From Candidatus Sulfobium sp. (GTDB lineage: Bacteria; Nitrospirota; Thermodesulfovibrionia; Thermodesulfovibrionales; UBA6898): a DNA stretch of 64,000 nt. The notes under the pieces were generated by a model. The model saw only the letters and a list, made by a program, of their open reading frames with translations, was not told the origin of the DNA and did no database searches. The translations under genes and the position numbers were made by a program. Shown here one piece after another: positions 62,686 through 64,000 of the stretch (positions are counted from its first letter, which is position 1; every line of letters begins with the position of its first letter). Where the stretch lies: contig JARRRI010000005.1 of the NCBI GenBank assembly GCA_037380845.1, forward strand, positions 1-64,000. The letters are read 5' to 3'.

Positions 62686-64000
62686 ATGCATTTTACCGAT
62701 ATTTTCATACGACGTCCGGTGCTTGCCACGGTGGTCAGCCTGTTGATACTCGTGCTGGGACTGCGCTCCATGGGGGTGCTGCCGATCAGGGAGTATCCGG
62801 AGACCCAGAACGCGGTGGTGACCGTGTCTACCACCTATTTCGGGGCCGATCCGGAGCTGGTTGCCGGATTTATCACTACTCCGCTGGAAAACTCGATCGC
62901 CCAGGCAAACGGCATCGATTATCTCACCTCTTCTAGCACGCAGGGCGTCAGCACCATCCAGGCCAACCTTCGTCTGAATTACGACCCGAACAAGGCGCTG
63001 ACCGAGATCAACACGAAGGTCAACGCGGTTATCAATCAGCTGCCGAGGGAGTCCGAGCAGCCGGTGATCACCGTGGCGGTGGGCGAGGAGATAGATTCCA
63101 TGTATATCGGCTTTTACAGCGATCTTCTGCCCACGAACAAGATCACCGACTACCTGATCCGGGTCGTCCAGCCGAAGCTGCAGACGGTAGAGGGCGTACA
63201 GACGGCCGAGATCCTGGGGGCCAAGCAGTTTGCCATGCGCGCGTGGCTCGACCCCAAGAAGATGGCCTCTTACGGCGTGTCAGGGACGGACGTGAGCAAC
63301 GCCCTTGCCGCGAACGACTTCATTTCCGCGGTGGGACGCACCAAGGGGCAAATGGTGACCGTGGAACTCACGGCCGCGACGGGACTGCACTCCGTGGAAG
63401 AATTCCGGGACCTCGCGATCAAGTCCCGGAACGGCGCCATCGTCCGTCTGGGTGATGTGGCCAATGTTACGCTCGGCGCGGAAAACTACGATACCGCCGT
63501 GGCTTTTGACGGGAAAAAAGCGGTTTACATAGGGATCAAGGTGGCGCCGACGGCCAACCTCCTGACAGTTATCAAGAATGTCCATAAGGTATTCCCGTCG
63601 ATACAGGGACAGCTGCCCGAAGGCCTGAACGGCCGCATCGTCTACGACGCCACAAAGTATGTCAACAGCTCTATAGATGAGGTCATACGAACGCTGCTCG
63701 AAGCCCTGCTCATCGTGACGATGGTGATCTTCCTCTCTCTCGGTTCCGTAAGGTCGGTGATCATACCGACCATCGCTATCCCCTTGTCCCTGATCGGAGC
63801 GTTCTTTATCATGCTGGTGCTGGGCTACTCGATAAACCTGCTGACGCTGCTCTCCCTTGTGCTGGCGATCGGTCTTGTCGTCGATGATGCCATTATCGTG
63901 GTTGAGAACGTGCATCGACACATGGAGGACGGGATGTCCTCCGTGCCGGCGGCGATACAGGGCGCCCGCGAACTGGCGGGTCCGATCATCGCCATCTCGG
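62686..64000 (+). CDS. RND efflux permease (MexW/MexI-like), truncated by window end
   Basis: Hand translation MHFTDIFIRRPVLA...; late LAIGLVVDDAIIVVEN; no stop noticed before window edge. Confidence 0.92.
   Translation, partial: MHFTDIFIRRPVLATVVSLLILVLGLRSMGVLPIREYPETQNAVVTVSTTYFGADPELVAGFITTPLENSIAQANGIDYLTSSSTQGVSTIQANLRLNYDPNKALTEINTKVNAVINQLPRESEQPVITVAVGEEIDSMYIGFYSDLLPTNKITDYLIRVVQPKLQTVEGVQTAEILGAKQFAMRAWLDPKKMASYGVSGTDVSNALAANDFISAVGRTKGQMVTVELTAATGLHSVEEFRDLAIKSRNGAIVRLGDVANVTLGAENYDTAVAFDGKKAVYIGIKVAPTANLLTVIKNVHKVFPSIQGQLPEGLNGRIVYDATKYVNSSIDEVIRTLLEALLIVTMVIFLSLGSVRSVIIPTIAIPLSLIGAFFIMLVLGYSINLLTLLSLVLAIGLVVDDAIIVVENVHRHMEDGMSSVPAAIQGARELAGPIIAIS

Overview
A mostly housekeeping chromosomal segment from an anaerobic bacterium. 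Gene content suggests Nitrospirota/Thermodesulfovibrionia or a Desulfobacterota-like lineage; this is inference only. In order, it holds: a partial apbE; a short uvrA; a DUF1573-ubiA-ubiX operon; csp; two response regulators; a ClC antiporter with an accessory N-type ATPase operon; folE-folD-(GltD-like/Fd/MvhD fusion)-metV-metF; an AT-richer patch with integron attC-like sites; panB; the hrcA-grpE-dnaK-dnaJ-rsmE heat-shock operon with a perfect CIRCE; speE next to an internally deleted ornithine decarboxylase; an ABC exporter; argS; tRNA-Leu(TAA); recD2; degQ; a NifA-like activator divergent from GATase-glnB-glnA; an arsenosugar-type (ArsS) cluster; DUF134/NifX/DsrE genes; and an RND efflux operon running off the end. 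Highlights: (1) two in-frame TGA codons at conserved Cys positions, each followed by a similarly spaced SECIS-like hairpin (a secreted DUF1573 protein and ArsS); (2) an HdrA-less NAD(P)H-oxidoreductase/MvhD fusion coupled to MetVF; (3) an N-ATPase whose c subunit has lost Na+ ligands, next to a ClC; (4) several intergenic palindromic repeat families, including a perfect 20-bp palindrome nested precisely inside another repeat. No CRISPR array, rRNA, transposase or integrase was seen.
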